From assembly GCA_050253415.1 (NCBI GenBank), contig JBFWJC010000004.1, forward strand, positions 192,001-256,000: DNA of 64,000 nt, read 5' to 3'. Numbering within the stretch: the stretch's first letter is position 1; every line of letters starts with the position of its first letter. Position numbers and translations under genes: made by a program. Under the pieces are notes generated by a model. That model saw only the letters and a list, made by a program, of their open reading frames with translations, was not told the DNA's origin and did no database searches. The stretch comes from Pedobacter sp. GTDB taxonomy: Bacteria > Desulfobacterota > Desulfuromonadia > Desulfuromonadales > Syntrophotaleaceae. Below, piece by piece: positions 18,855 to 28,127 of this stretch.

Positions 18855-21593
18855 TCATCCGACACCTCCCCCGCTGCCGCGGGGGAGACTGTCCCCCCTC
18901 TTCTGTTCCCGTACGGCTCGATACCGAAGCAACCGCTTGCGCAGATAATCCAGACCGAAAATCAACGGAATCCCCAACCAGGCCAGGACGTAGATCTGCC
19001 AGGGCACAGGACCGGTACCAAGAATTGTCTGCAAAGGCCTGGTATAAAGCAGCGCCCAGGAAAACACGATCTGAATAAGGATGCCGGCCAACAGCAGGCG
19101 ATTTCGCAGCAACCCCCAATCCAGGCCGGAACGCCACGCAAACCGTCGACCGATAAGGTTGCCGATCTGCATCAGCAAAATGGTGGCCAGGGCGATACCC
19201 GTCGCCGAGCGATACAGGGGATCGGCGCCACCAAGCTCCTCACCGTAACGCCAGCCACCCTGTATCAGCACCGCAAAAAACAACCCCATGGACCACAAAG
19301 CTTCGAGCAACCCGAGAAACAGATAGCTGTGACAGATCAGGCCCGGGGTCAATAACCCCTGCTCGCGACGGCGCGGCGGATGGCGCATTTCTTCAGCATC
19401 GGGCGGTTCCTGCCCCAGAGCCATGGAGGGGATGATATCGGTGCCGAGGTCGATGGTCAGGATCTGAATCACGGTCAGGGCCAGGGGCACCGGAAGCAGA
19501 ATATAGATAAGATAGGGCAGGATCTCCGGACCGTTACTGACCAGCACATAATTGGTGAACTTTTTGATATTGGCGAATACGGTGCGCCCTTCCGCCACCC
19601 CGGCTACGATGGAGGCGAAGTTATCGTCCAGCAGGATAATCTGCGCCGAAGCCCGTGCCACGTCGGTGCCACTGCGGCCCATGGCGATACCGACATCAGC
19701 GGCCTTGAGGGCCGGTGCATCGTTGACCCCGTCACCGGTCATGGCCACCAATTTGCCCATGGCCTGCAGGGCGGCGACGATCTTCATCTTCTGCTCCGGA
19801 GTGGTGCGCGCGAAGATGCGCACGCCGTCGTCCAGCCGGGCCATCAGTTCCCGCTGCGTGAGTCGTTCCAGCTCATCGCCGGTAAGGATCCGGGCCGTAT
19901 GGTTCCCTTCGGCAACGATAGCGCTTTTGCGCGCCACCGCCAGGGCCGTGTCGGGATGATCACCGGTAACCATCAGTACATCGATGCCGGCATCGTAGCA
20001 AGTACGTACCGCCGCCGGCACCTCGTCGCGTACAGGGTCTTCGATGCCGAGAAAACCGCTCAAGGTGAGTCCTTGCTCCAGTTGTTCCTGGGCAACGTCC
20101 GCCAGTTCGAACCCATCGTCCAGCTCCCGCCATGCCACGGCGATAATCCGCAACCCTGTGGCGGCCAGTTGTCTCATGTGCGCCTCGGCAGCATCCAGCA
20201 TCTCTGCATCGGCAAGCGCATCTCCACTGTCCCCATTTTCCAGCTTGGATAAGAGTGGCCGCAACGCTTCCCAGGCCCCCTTGACGGCAAACACCCGGCG
20301 CCCCTGCCGGGAAAAAACCCCACCCGAGCGACGCTTGCCGACATCGAAAGCAAACCCTTTGACCACGACGTCACGCACGTCAGGGATATCCATGTGCTGT
20401 TGCTGGCAGGCGTGGGCTACCGCAACGTCGAGGGGGTCTCCGGTAAAACCATGCTCGGTACGGCGCACCGGGGAAGCAATGAGAGCCAGTTCCAGCAGTC
20501 TGCGTTGGAATTCAGGCTCATTCAGCGCGCCTTCGCCGAGAGGCGGAGACAGGTTGGTGATGCGCAGCTGATTGCAGGTCAGGGTACCGGTTTTGTCGGT
20601 ACAGATCACGTGTACCGCGCCCATGGCCTCCACCGCGTTGAGGCCTTTGACCAGCACATTTTTGCGCGCCATGCGCAGACTGCCCATGGCCAGGGACAGG
20701 GTGAAGGTTGGGAGCAGGCCTTCCGGCACGTTGGCGACGATAATCCCCATCATGAACACCAGATTGACCCACAACGACCGCCCGCTGGCAACACCGTAAG
20801 CAAAAAACGCCAATCCCATCGCCACGGCGATAACGGTAAGAACCCGGACCATGTGCGCCGTTTCCCTCTCAAGGGAGGACGGGTTGCGACGGATGACCTG
20901 GGACAGATGCGCCAGCTTGCCGAACTCGGTGCGAATGCCGGTGGCGAACACCACGCCCAGACCTTGCCCCTTGAGCACCGCACATCCTGCAAACACGATA
21001 TTGCGACTTTCAATCAAGCGCGCTTCCACGGCCAGCGCGGTAAGGTTCACCGGTTTAGCCTCGCCGGTCAGGGGCGCATTATTGGCTACCAGCTCTTCGC
21101 ATTCCACCAGGCGGGCATCCGCCGCAATGCGATCCCCTTCGCCAATCACCAGCAGGTCACCAGGTACCAGTTCCTCCGCCAGGATCTCCCGGGTCGTGCC
21201 GCTACGCACTACCTGCACGCGTTGGGGCAGGAACTGCTGCAAAGCCTGCATGGCCCGTTCGGCCCGGTATTCTTGGACAAAGCTGAACAGGGCATTGAGC
21301 AGCGCCACTCCCGCCAGCGCCCATCCCAGCACGTTCATGCTTTCTCCGGGCTGAATATGATCAGCCACAAAACAGATAGCGGCGGAGAGAAACAACAAGA
21401 TGGTGAAGAAATTACTGAACTGACGCCCCAGGGTACGCGGCCACTTCCAGCGGTCGCGTACCTCGACGGTATTGCGGCCGACTTCCCGCTCCAGTTCTTC
21501 CACCTCGCCAGGGTTCAAGCCCTCACGCCGGCTGCCTAAAAACCCGTAGACCTCTTCGGTTGACAATTGCTGGATCTGCCGCGTGTCGCTCAT
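18855..21593 (-). CDS. Cation-transporting P-type ATPase (type II, Na/K-ATPase-like motifs)
   Basis: DKTGT, TGDGVNDAPAL, VANVPEG, ILTIDLGTD. Confidence 0.92.
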   Translation of the reverse strand: MSDTRQIQQLSTEEVYGFLGSRREGLNPGEVEELEREVGRNTVEVRDRWKWPRTLGRQFSNFFTILLFLSAAICFVADHIQPGESMNVLGWALAGVALLNALFSFVQEYRAERAMQALQQFLPQRVQVVRSGTTREILAEELVPGDLLVIGEGDRIAADARLVECEELVANNAPLTGEAKPVNLTALAVEARLIESRNIVFAGCAVLKGQGLGVVFATGIRTEFGKLAHLSQVIRRNPSSLERETAHMVRVLTVIAVAMGLAFFAYGVASGRSLWVNLVFMMGIIVANVPEGLLPTFTLSLAMGSLRMARKNVLVKGLNAVEAMGAVHVICTDKTGTLTCNQLRITNLSPPLGEGALNEPEFQRRLLELALIASPVRRTEHGFTGDPLDVAVAHACQQQHMDIPDVRDVVVKGFAFDVGKRRSGGVFSRQGRRVFAVKGAWEALRPLLSKLENGDSGDALADAEMLDAAEAHMRQLAATGLRIIAVAWRELDDGFELADVAQEQLEQGLTLSGFLGIEDPVRDEVPAAVRTCYDAGIDVLMVTGDHPDTALAVARKSAIVAEGNHTARILTGDELERLTQRELMARLDDGVRIFARTTPEQKMKIVAALQAMGKLVAMTGDGVNDAPALKAADVGIAMGRSGTDVARASAQIILLDDNFASIVAGVAEGRTVFANIKKFTNYVLVSNGPEILPYLIYILLPVPLALTVIQILTIDLGTDIIPSMALGQEPPDAEEMRHPPRRREQGLLTPGLICHSYLFLGLLEALWSMGLFFAVLIQGGWRYGEELGGADPLYRSATGIALATILLMQIGNLIGRRFAWRSGLDWGLLRNRLLLAGILIQIVFSWALLYTRPLQTILGTGPVPWQIYVLAWLGIPLIFGLDYLRKRLLRYRAVREQKRGDSLPRGSGGGVG

Positions 21594-22423
21594 AGGCTTC
21601 GATAAATCCCCACATCGCAAGGCGTACCACGCAGCACCCGCTCCAGGGCGTTGCTGTGCAGCAAGCGATGGCCGAGGGGACGCTCGGTCGCCCCCAGCAA
21701 AAGCATCCGCACCTTGAGCCGGCTGGACTGAACCAGCGCCTCATGCACCCAGTCATCGCAAATCGACACCCGCCAGTCGAGTCGAAACGAACTGCTGCCG
21801 CGTCGACGCAAAATCTCTTCCTCCACGGCATCGAGGTAGCGCTCCCCCACAAGACGGATGGCCGTGCGCCGCGCTTCGGACAGGTGCGGCAAACGCAGGG
21901 AACTGACGTTCATACAGCGCAGCAGAAAAACCCGGTCGACCTCCGGCAACAACAGGCGAAAAAACGGCCAGGCCGCTTCAAACCCGCGTGTATGGCCCGC
22001 AAGCGGCAACAGCAGGTCTCGCGGGGTACCAAGCAGACCGGGCTGGACCACGCGCAGCGCCAGCACCGGGAAATGCCCGGTACGCAACAGTTTCTCGGCG
22101 ATGGTACCGGACAGAAAATGCCGTTGCCGGGAACGCACACGGGTGCCGCAGACCACGATGTTCTCACGACCGGGCGGGATATGCGCCAGCAAGGTAAAAT
22201 AGACGCTTTTTTCCAGAGGCAGGATCTCGGTGAACGCTTCTACACCGAGGGCCCGACTCTCGCGCTCCAGACGCTGCAATTTGACGTACAGCTGGTCGGG
22301 GTCCTGGCTGCCATCACTGACGTGCAACACCGACAGGGACGTGCCGACATGCGCCGCAAAGCGAATGGCATAACGCGAAACCCAGTCGCCGTTCAATGAA
22401 CCGTCGTAGGCCAGGATAATCAT
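21590..22423 (-). CDS. Universal stress protein (tandem domains)
   Basis: IILAYDGS, SGTIAEKLLR, ERVLRGTPCDV; ATGA overlap with the ATPase. Confidence 0.8.
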   Translation of the reverse strand: MIILAYDGSLNGDWVSRYAIRFAAHVGTSLSVLHVSDGSQDPDQLYVKLQRLERESRALGVEAFTEILPLEKSVYFTLLAHIPPGRENIVVCGTRVRSRQRHFLSGTIAEKLLRTGHFPVLALRVVQPGLLGTPRDLLLPLAGHTRGFEAAWPFFRLLLPEVDRVFLLRCMNVSSLRLPHLSEARRTAIRLVGERYLDAVEEEILRRRGSSSFRLDWRVSICDDWVHEALVQSSRLKVRMLLLGATERPLGHRLLHSNALERVLRGTPCDVGIYRSL

Positions 22424-22478
22424 CCCACTCCCCCTTTGCACACATCGCCACACCGGAACCACTGGTTGTAAGTATAGC

Positions 22479-22520
22479 AAGCTGTAAGCTGTAAGCTGTA
22501 AGCTGTAAGCTGAGAGCTGG
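22479..22520. repeat. Heptamer tandem repeat (AAGCTGT)x4 plus 2 degenerate units
   Basis: Read directly from the sequence. Confidence 0.95.
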
Positions 22521-22528
22521 GTGTTTCT

Positions 22529-23623
22529 CCCTATGACGCAGCCGGAGCGAAGCAAGCGACGGGCGAAACAGGCGGAGGACTGAGCGCAGCGAATCTTCTC
22601 CGCCCGCCCGGAGGTTACGTAGCGCAGGACACCCGCCGCAGGCGGGCAAGGAAAGGGGCGCGCTTTTCTGCTTACTCTTTTGAGGCGTATTAAAAGAGTG
22701 AGGCGACGGGCGGGGGCGCAACCCCGCGGTCTTGACGTTGGTGTTTGGTTGTTGGAAGTCTTGAAACCTTAACGTCAACTTCGCCGGTCCCGGCCGGCAG
22801 CCGGCTTACTTTCTTTACTCGTCTATAGAAAGTAAGCAAAGAAAGGACGTAAGGTCTGGCTTCGCCGTTATGTCTGTCGCAAAGGGGATTGGGTTAACCC
22901 ACCTTGCCGAAATAAGCCAAATGGCGCGTCTGCGTAGGGCTTCATTTGCCGACCATGGAGATTCGCATAGCTCGCCGCGCAGCTGTTGCAGGCACCGGCG
23001 CTGCTGGATTTAATAAACGCTTTTGCGTTTGCTTTAGTTTTGCGGTTAATCCCCTGTGACGCAGCCGGAGCGAAGCAAACGACGGACGAAACAGGCGGAG
23101 GACTGAGCGCAGCGAATCTTCTCCGCCCGCCCGGCGGTTGCGTAGCGCAGGGCACCCGCCGCAGGCGGGCAAGGAAAGGGGCGCGCTTTTCTGCTTACTC
23201 TTTTGAGGCGTATTATAAGAGTGAGGCGACGGGCGGGGGCGCAACCCCGAGGTCTTCAGGTAGTGTTAAGTACCAAGAGCCAAAACCTTTTCTTCAACAC
23301 CGCCGGTCCCGGCCGGCAGCCGGGATACTTTCTTTACCCGTCTAAAGAAAGTATCCAAAGAAAGGACGTAAAATCTGGCTTCGCCGTTATGTCTGTCGCA
23401 AAGGGGATTGGGTTAACCCACCTTGCCGAAATAAGCCAAATGGCGCGTCTGCGTAGGGCTTCATTTACCGACCGTGGAGATTCGCATAGCTCGCCGCGCA
23501 GCTGTTGCAGGCACCGACGCTGCTAGTGTTGGTAATCGCTTTTGCGTTTATCTTTGTCGAGATTCCCCCTGTGACGCCCCCGAGCAGAGCAATCGACGGG
23601 CGGAGGCGCAACCCCGCAGTCTT
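22529..23623. repeat. Array of alternating long structured repeats A-B-A-B-A'
   Basis: A 22529-22733 and 23052-23256; B 22782-23005 and 23301-23524; internally deleted A' 23567-23623; spacers of 42-48 bp. Confidence 0.92.
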
Positions 23624-23714
23624 AGAGTTTCAAAAACCAGCGCCAGGATCGATGCACTTCGCACCTCAGCACATCTTTCTGGGCTGGGAATCGGGATTTG
23701 AGAACGGCAAGATT

Positions 23715-24974
23715 TCAGATGGTGGGATCGATATCGAGGGGGGCTTCGAAAAAATCGCGATCACGGCTGACACCGGACCAACCGGGCAGCAGCAGGGAGT
23801 AGTTGCGGGTGGCACGCAGGTCGAGTTCGAGCATAGCCATAGCCAGGCGGTAGTCTTCAGACTGGGGACCATAAGTGCGTTTAAGCTGGGAATAGATCCG
23901 TGACAGGTTCGTGACCATGGGCAGGCGACGGCGTTTGCGGGCGGCGCCAAGGAACGCGCGCCCACGCGGGCTGCTGCCGAGCAACCGCAGGTAGAGAGGA
24001 CCGGAGGCCAGCAGGCCGTCCAGCAGATCAGCGCGGACATCGTTGAGGATATACATCAATGTGCGCTGAATGCGGGTGCGCGTGAACTGACGCACCTTCA
24101 CCGCGTCCACCAATTCCTGCCAGCCGCGACTGGTGGCGGCAGCATCGGTCAGACGAGCGTCGATACCACTTTCGACCTGGTAGATGGTCTGCAGATAGTC
24201 ACGGCCACGAAAGATCTGGGCAAGCAACAACCGGTGCAACAGATCCTCATCGGGGTAAAGCCGGTCTGCACGAGACCCCGCCACCACCTCTGCAGCCGGA
24301 GTCGGCAGCAGGTCATCCACCGTCTCGCCCGTAGCCAACCTTTTACGAATACCGCTGGCGCTTGCGATGTTGCCGGGGCCCACCACATCATCGTGATAAC
24401 CGGCGCCCAGACGCGAAATGGTGAAAGGTTGCATGGCGCTGCCAGTAGACCGAAGTGCACGCAAATACTCGATGCCGAGGATATTGTTGGGTTGGTGCAA
24501 AGGCAGAATGGAGGCGTCGCAACCGGATAGTTCGGCGCAGACCTGACTGCGGGCAGCGGCATAATGCATCCCCTGGCGCAACAGGGTCGCGGTTCGTTCG
24601 GCTACGTGTTCCCCGCGTGCCTCCAGCAACTGGGCACAGCGTTGCAAAGCCCCCAGGTCGCCCGATTCGCTGCCGAAACAAAGACTGTCGACACCAAGAG
24701 CCTCGAGACACTGCACCGCGCCGCGCGCAAAATGAGGCGCACTGGCGCAGGCAAACGGAAACGGCAACTCGATGACCACATCGACCCCGCAGCGCAGTGC
24801 CATTTCGGCGCGCCGCCATTTGTCGAGCAGGGCCGGTTCACCGCGTTGCAGGAAGTGTCCGCTCATGACCGCCACCGCGACTTCGGCGCCGGACGTTTCG
24901 CGGCTTGCACGCAGATGGTGCAGGTGACCGTTGTGGAAGGGATTGTATTCGGTGATCAGGCCGACCGCACGCAT
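23715..24974 (-). CDS. tmcAL: HIGH-class nucleotidyltransferase, tRNA(Met) cytidine acetate ligase family
   Basis: ITEYNPFHNGH, MSGHFLQRGEPA, PNNILGIEY, ASASGIR. Confidence 0.85.
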   Translation of the reverse strand: MRAVGLITEYNPFHNGHLHHLRASRETSGAEVAVAVMSGHFLQRGEPALLDKWRRAEMALRCGVDVVIELPFPFACASAPHFARGAVQCLEALGVDSLCFGSESGDLGALQRCAQLLEARGEHVAERTATLLRQGMHYAAARSQVCAELSGCDASILPLHQPNNILGIEYLRALRSTGSAMQPFTISRLGAGYHDDVVGPGNIASASGIRKRLATGETVDDLLPTPAAEVVAGSRADRLYPDEDLLHRLLLAQIFRGRDYLQTIYQVESGIDARLTDAAATSRGWQELVDAVKVRQFTRTRIQRTLMYILNDVRADLLDGLLASGPLYLRLLGSSPRGRAFLGAARKRRRLPMVTNLSRIYSQLKRTYGPQSEDYRLAMAMLELDLRATRNYSLLLPGWSGVSRDRDFFEAPLDIDPTI

Positions 24975-25104
24975 GGCGGGGCTCCTTAAGAATTCTGAAG
25001 GCTGAGTGCAGAAAAGAACCGGGGCCTGCCTTGCCCTTGTCGTAAGGCTTCCTTGTGATGCAGCGGGAACAGAAGACAACTCACTGCGAGCCCATAAAGC
25101 ATGA

Positions 25105-25194
25105 ACCACGGAGTGCGCTAAGACCGCAGAGAAAATCAAAGTGTCTAATGCAAAACTTTATGAATTTCTCCGCGTTCTCTGTGGGTTCTGCGGT
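25105..25194. repeat. Imperfect palindromic element built from 9-mer units
   Basis: ACCACGGAG-TGCGCTAAG-ACCGCAGAG ... CTCCGCGTT-CTCTGTGGG-TTCTGCGGT. Confidence 0.65.
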
Positions 25195-25221
25195 GAAAAA
25201 CTTTCTACCGACACCTATGCC

Positions 25222-25917
25222 TCAATCGAGCAATACCGGCAAACGACGATCGATAAAGTTTTCCGTCGGCGAGACGCAGGTGCGATAGGCCAGCGCCTCA
25301 ACCCCCTCGGAAACAGCCTGACGCAGTAAACGGCCATATTCAGGATCGATAGAGTCCGCCGGCCGGAAGGCGGTTGCCTCGCCGCGCTGCACGACGAACA
25401 GCACCGCAGCACGCAATCCACGCCGCCGGGCATCCATCAAGGTACGCAGATGCTTCTGGCCACGAGTGGTCACCGCATCGGGAAAACAGGCGCATTGCGC
25501 ATCGCACAGCAAGGTCACGTTCTTGACCTCAACCAGTGCCTGGCGTTCCTCCTGCTGTAACAGAAAATCAATACGGCTGTCACCGTAAGAGTGCTCCGGC
25601 GTTACCTGCCAGTCCGTGAACTCGGAGATCGCGCCGCCGCGTAGAGCCTCCTCAGCCACCCGGTTGGTGCGGTGGGTATGGGTATCGACCCAGAATCCTT
25701 CCACTTCGATCAATTCCAAGGTATATGCCAGTTTGCGCTTGGGGTTGTCGCTGCGCGAGACCAGCACCCGATGTCCCGGCACGGCACACTGCAGCATGCT
25801 GCCGGTATTGGGAGTATGCGCCGTGACCAGCGATCCATCGGCCAGTTCCACATCAGCCAGGAATCGCTTGTAGCGGCGCACCAGACGTCCCTCGATCAGC
25901 GGTGCGGGAAGCTTCAC
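25222..25917 (-). CDS. sfsA: DNA/RNA nuclease SfsA
   Basis: RYKRFLADV, HTPNTGSM, VEVKNVTL, FPDAVTTRGQKHL. Confidence 0.93.
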   Translation of the reverse strand: MKLPAPLIEGRLVRRYKRFLADVELADGSLVTAHTPNTGSMLQCAVPGHRVLVSRSDNPKRKLAYTLELIEVEGFWVDTHTHRTNRVAEEALRGGAISEFTDWQVTPEHSYGDSRIDFLLQQEERQALVEVKNVTLLCDAQCACFPDAVTTRGQKHLRTLMDARRRGLRAAVLFVVQRGEATAFRPADSIDPEYGRLLRQAVSEGVEALAYRTCVSPTENFIDRRLPVLLD

Positions 25918-27110
25918 CCTTCCAACTCCGCCATTTCCCATTCGGCGATACCGAGCAGATAGAGAATCGAATCGAGGCTCGGCTGATTGATACGGTACTG
26001 GGCCTGCTCCCGCACCCGCGCCTTGGCGTTAAAAGCGATACCCAGGCCGGCCTTGCCGATCATGGGCAAGTCGTTGGCGCCGTCGCCGATGGCGATGACC
26101 TGACTCAGGGCGATCCCTTCACGCTTGGCGATCTCCTCCAACAGTTCGGCCTTGCGCTGTCCATCCACGATGGATCCGCGCACCTCCCCGACCACCTGAC
26201 CGTTTTCAATGGCCAGATCGTTGGCATAGGCATAGTCGAGACCGAGTTCGTTTTTAAGGCGATCGGTAAAAAAGCTGAAGCCGCCGGAAATGACCGCCGT
26301 CTTGAAGCCGAGTTGCCGCAGCACGCGCACCAGGTTCTTGGCGCCGGGAGTGAACGGTAGACTGCGGTAGACTTGCTCCAGCGCATCGCTTGACAGCCCC
26401 TTGAGAAGAGCTACCCGTTCGCGCAGAGCCTGCTTGAAATCGAGCTCGCCATTCATGGCACGGTGCGTGATGTCGGCCACCTGTGGGCCAATACCTGCCA
26501 GCCGTGCCAGTTCATCGATCACCTCGACCTGGATCAGGGTCGAATCCATATCAAGCACCACCAGCCGTTTGGCGCGGCGATGCAGGTTTTCCTTCTGCAA
26601 GGCGATATCGATACCGAGACCGACTCCGGCGTTAAGCAACTGGCGGGTGAGATCCTTGACGTCGAGTCCATCGGGGACATTGATCACGAATTCGACGCAA
26701 CGCAACTGTCCCCGGGTGAGTTTGTTGATGCGCTGGATATTGACCTGGGATGCAGCCAGCGTGGACCCGATACGGGTCAACACTTCGGCGTTGACCTCGG
26801 AACCGAGCATAGTCAGCACGTACATACAGCCGCTCTGATGCAAACGGTAGGATGCGGGATCAACAGGCTCGAAATCAAGATCGAGACCCAGTTCCTTGGC
26901 ACGAAACAGCAATTCCTTGAGTAACGGTTTCTGGTCACGCATGCCATCTGGCAGGTCGATGAGCACCGACAGCGAAACCATGGTATGCGCCACGCTCTGT
27001 TCGATATCGCGAATGCACGCACCAGCTTCGGCTATACAGCCGGCCACGGCGGCGATGATCCCTGCCCGGTCCGGTCCGGTCATCGTGACCAGCACCATTT
27101 TATCTTCCAT
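25914..27110 (-). CDS. serB: Phosphoserine phosphatase with ACT domains
   Basis: DMDSTLIQVEVIDELA, ISGGF, GDGANDL. Confidence 0.95.
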   Translation of the reverse strand: MEDKMVLVTMTGPDRAGIIAAVAGCIAEAGACIRDIEQSVAHTMVSLSVLIDLPDGMRDQKPLLKELLFRAKELGLDLDFEPVDPASYRLHQSGCMYVLTMLGSEVNAEVLTRIGSTLAASQVNIQRINKLTRGQLRCVEFVINVPDGLDVKDLTRQLLNAGVGLGIDIALQKENLHRRAKRLVVLDMDSTLIQVEVIDELARLAGIGPQVADITHRAMNGELDFKQALRERVALLKGLSSDALEQVYRSLPFTPGAKNLVRVLRQLGFKTAVISGGFSFFTDRLKNELGLDYAYANDLAIENGQVVGEVRGSIVDGQRKAELLEEIAKREGIALSQVIAIGDGANDLPMIGKAGLGIAFNAKARVREQAQYRINQPSLDSILYLLGIAEWEMAELEG

Positions 27111-27410
27111 GAGAAAACCTCGTTGATGGGAAAAGGGAATTATTTTACTCCCAAACGTCGCAGGCGACAACCCCCTTCCCCACCTGCCGCGCGATTCATC
27201 TGGCAGGCGAATACGGGTGTTGCCTGCTACGCAACCAGCTGTTCGACTTGTTTCTATTGTAGATATTTATTCAAAATACTATCTTGTTCGGATTTTAACT
27301 TCATGAAAATCAAAGAAAAGATGTTGGCTCTGCAATGGATATAATCCGTGTTTCACATACCGGGATATTCCATCTGAGGGGGCATCCACTTTTTGCGCAG
27401 GAAAGGAATC

Positions 27411-28127
27411 ATGTTCTTCAATTTTAAATATTCCGACAAAAAAACTATCCTTTTACCCGTTGCCCGTTTTATAGTGAACCGGTGGAGAATCTTGCTTTTT
27501 CTTTATATTTCAGGGATCTTCACTCTTTATCTTCAAAATAAGGATATAAGCTTTCTGGTTGCCGCGCTGCTCTTTTATCTTGCAACTGTTTTGTTGGCCA
27601 ACAACATTCTTCTATCCACGGAGGCTCACCGGGATAAGCTTACCGGACTCGGCAACAAAAAGGCTCTGCACCTGCGACTACAAAGGGAACTTTCAAGAAT
27701 AAACAGAAACGGCGGATACCTCACGTTTCTGTTTTTCGATATAGATAATTTCAAAAATATTAACGATACATATGGACACAAGGTGGGTGACAACGTATTG
27801 ATCGAAGTAGCGCATCGCCTCATGGCCCAAATGCGCAACTACGATAGTTTAATTCGATACGGTGGCGATGAATTTTGCGTAATTTGCCCACAGGTGAAAA
27901 ATGAAGGGGACTCCATAAAAATCAGGGAGAAATTAGAGGAGGCCTTGAGTTTCGAGTATCGTTTCGAAAATCACAACCTTTTTATTCAGACCAGCTTGGG
28001 AATGTCAACCTATCCGCTTGATACAACAGACCTGCAGGAACTTATAAGCATTGCAGATCAGCGAATGTATGAGCAGAAAAGCCAGCGAAAACTCGCGCGA
28101 GTGACGCACGCATTAATAAATGAATAA
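27411..28127 (+). CDS. Membrane-anchored diguanylate cyclase
   Basis: Two TM helices, DIDNFK.IND.YGH..GD, RxxD I-site (RNYD), GGDEF. Confidence 0.9.
   Translation: MFFNFKYSDKKTILLPVARFIVNRWRILLFLYISGIFTLYLQNKDISFLVAALLFYLATVLLANNILLSTEAHRDKLTGLGNKKALHLRLQRELSRINRNGGYLTFLFFDIDNFKNINDTYGHKVGDNVLIEVAHRLMAQMRNYDSLIRYGGDEFCVICPQVKNEGDSIKIREKLEEALSFEYRFENHNLFIQTSLGMSTYPLDTTDLQELISIADQRMYEQKSQRKLARVTHALINE

Noticed and set aside
19380..21539. Long plus-strand ORFs (290 and 381 aa)
   Set aside because: Antisense shadows of the P-type ATPase in GC-rich coding DNA
22529..23623. Repeat-spacer array as a CRISPR or TIGR-like guide array
   Set aside because: Repeats are over 200 bp and alternate between two types; spacers 2 and 4 share CGCTTTTGCGTTT; no cas or Nop-domain gene is in the window
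22314..23903. Several 75-154 aa ORFs across the repeat array
   Set aside because: They are translations of the repeats in inconsistent frames, with no recognisable motifs
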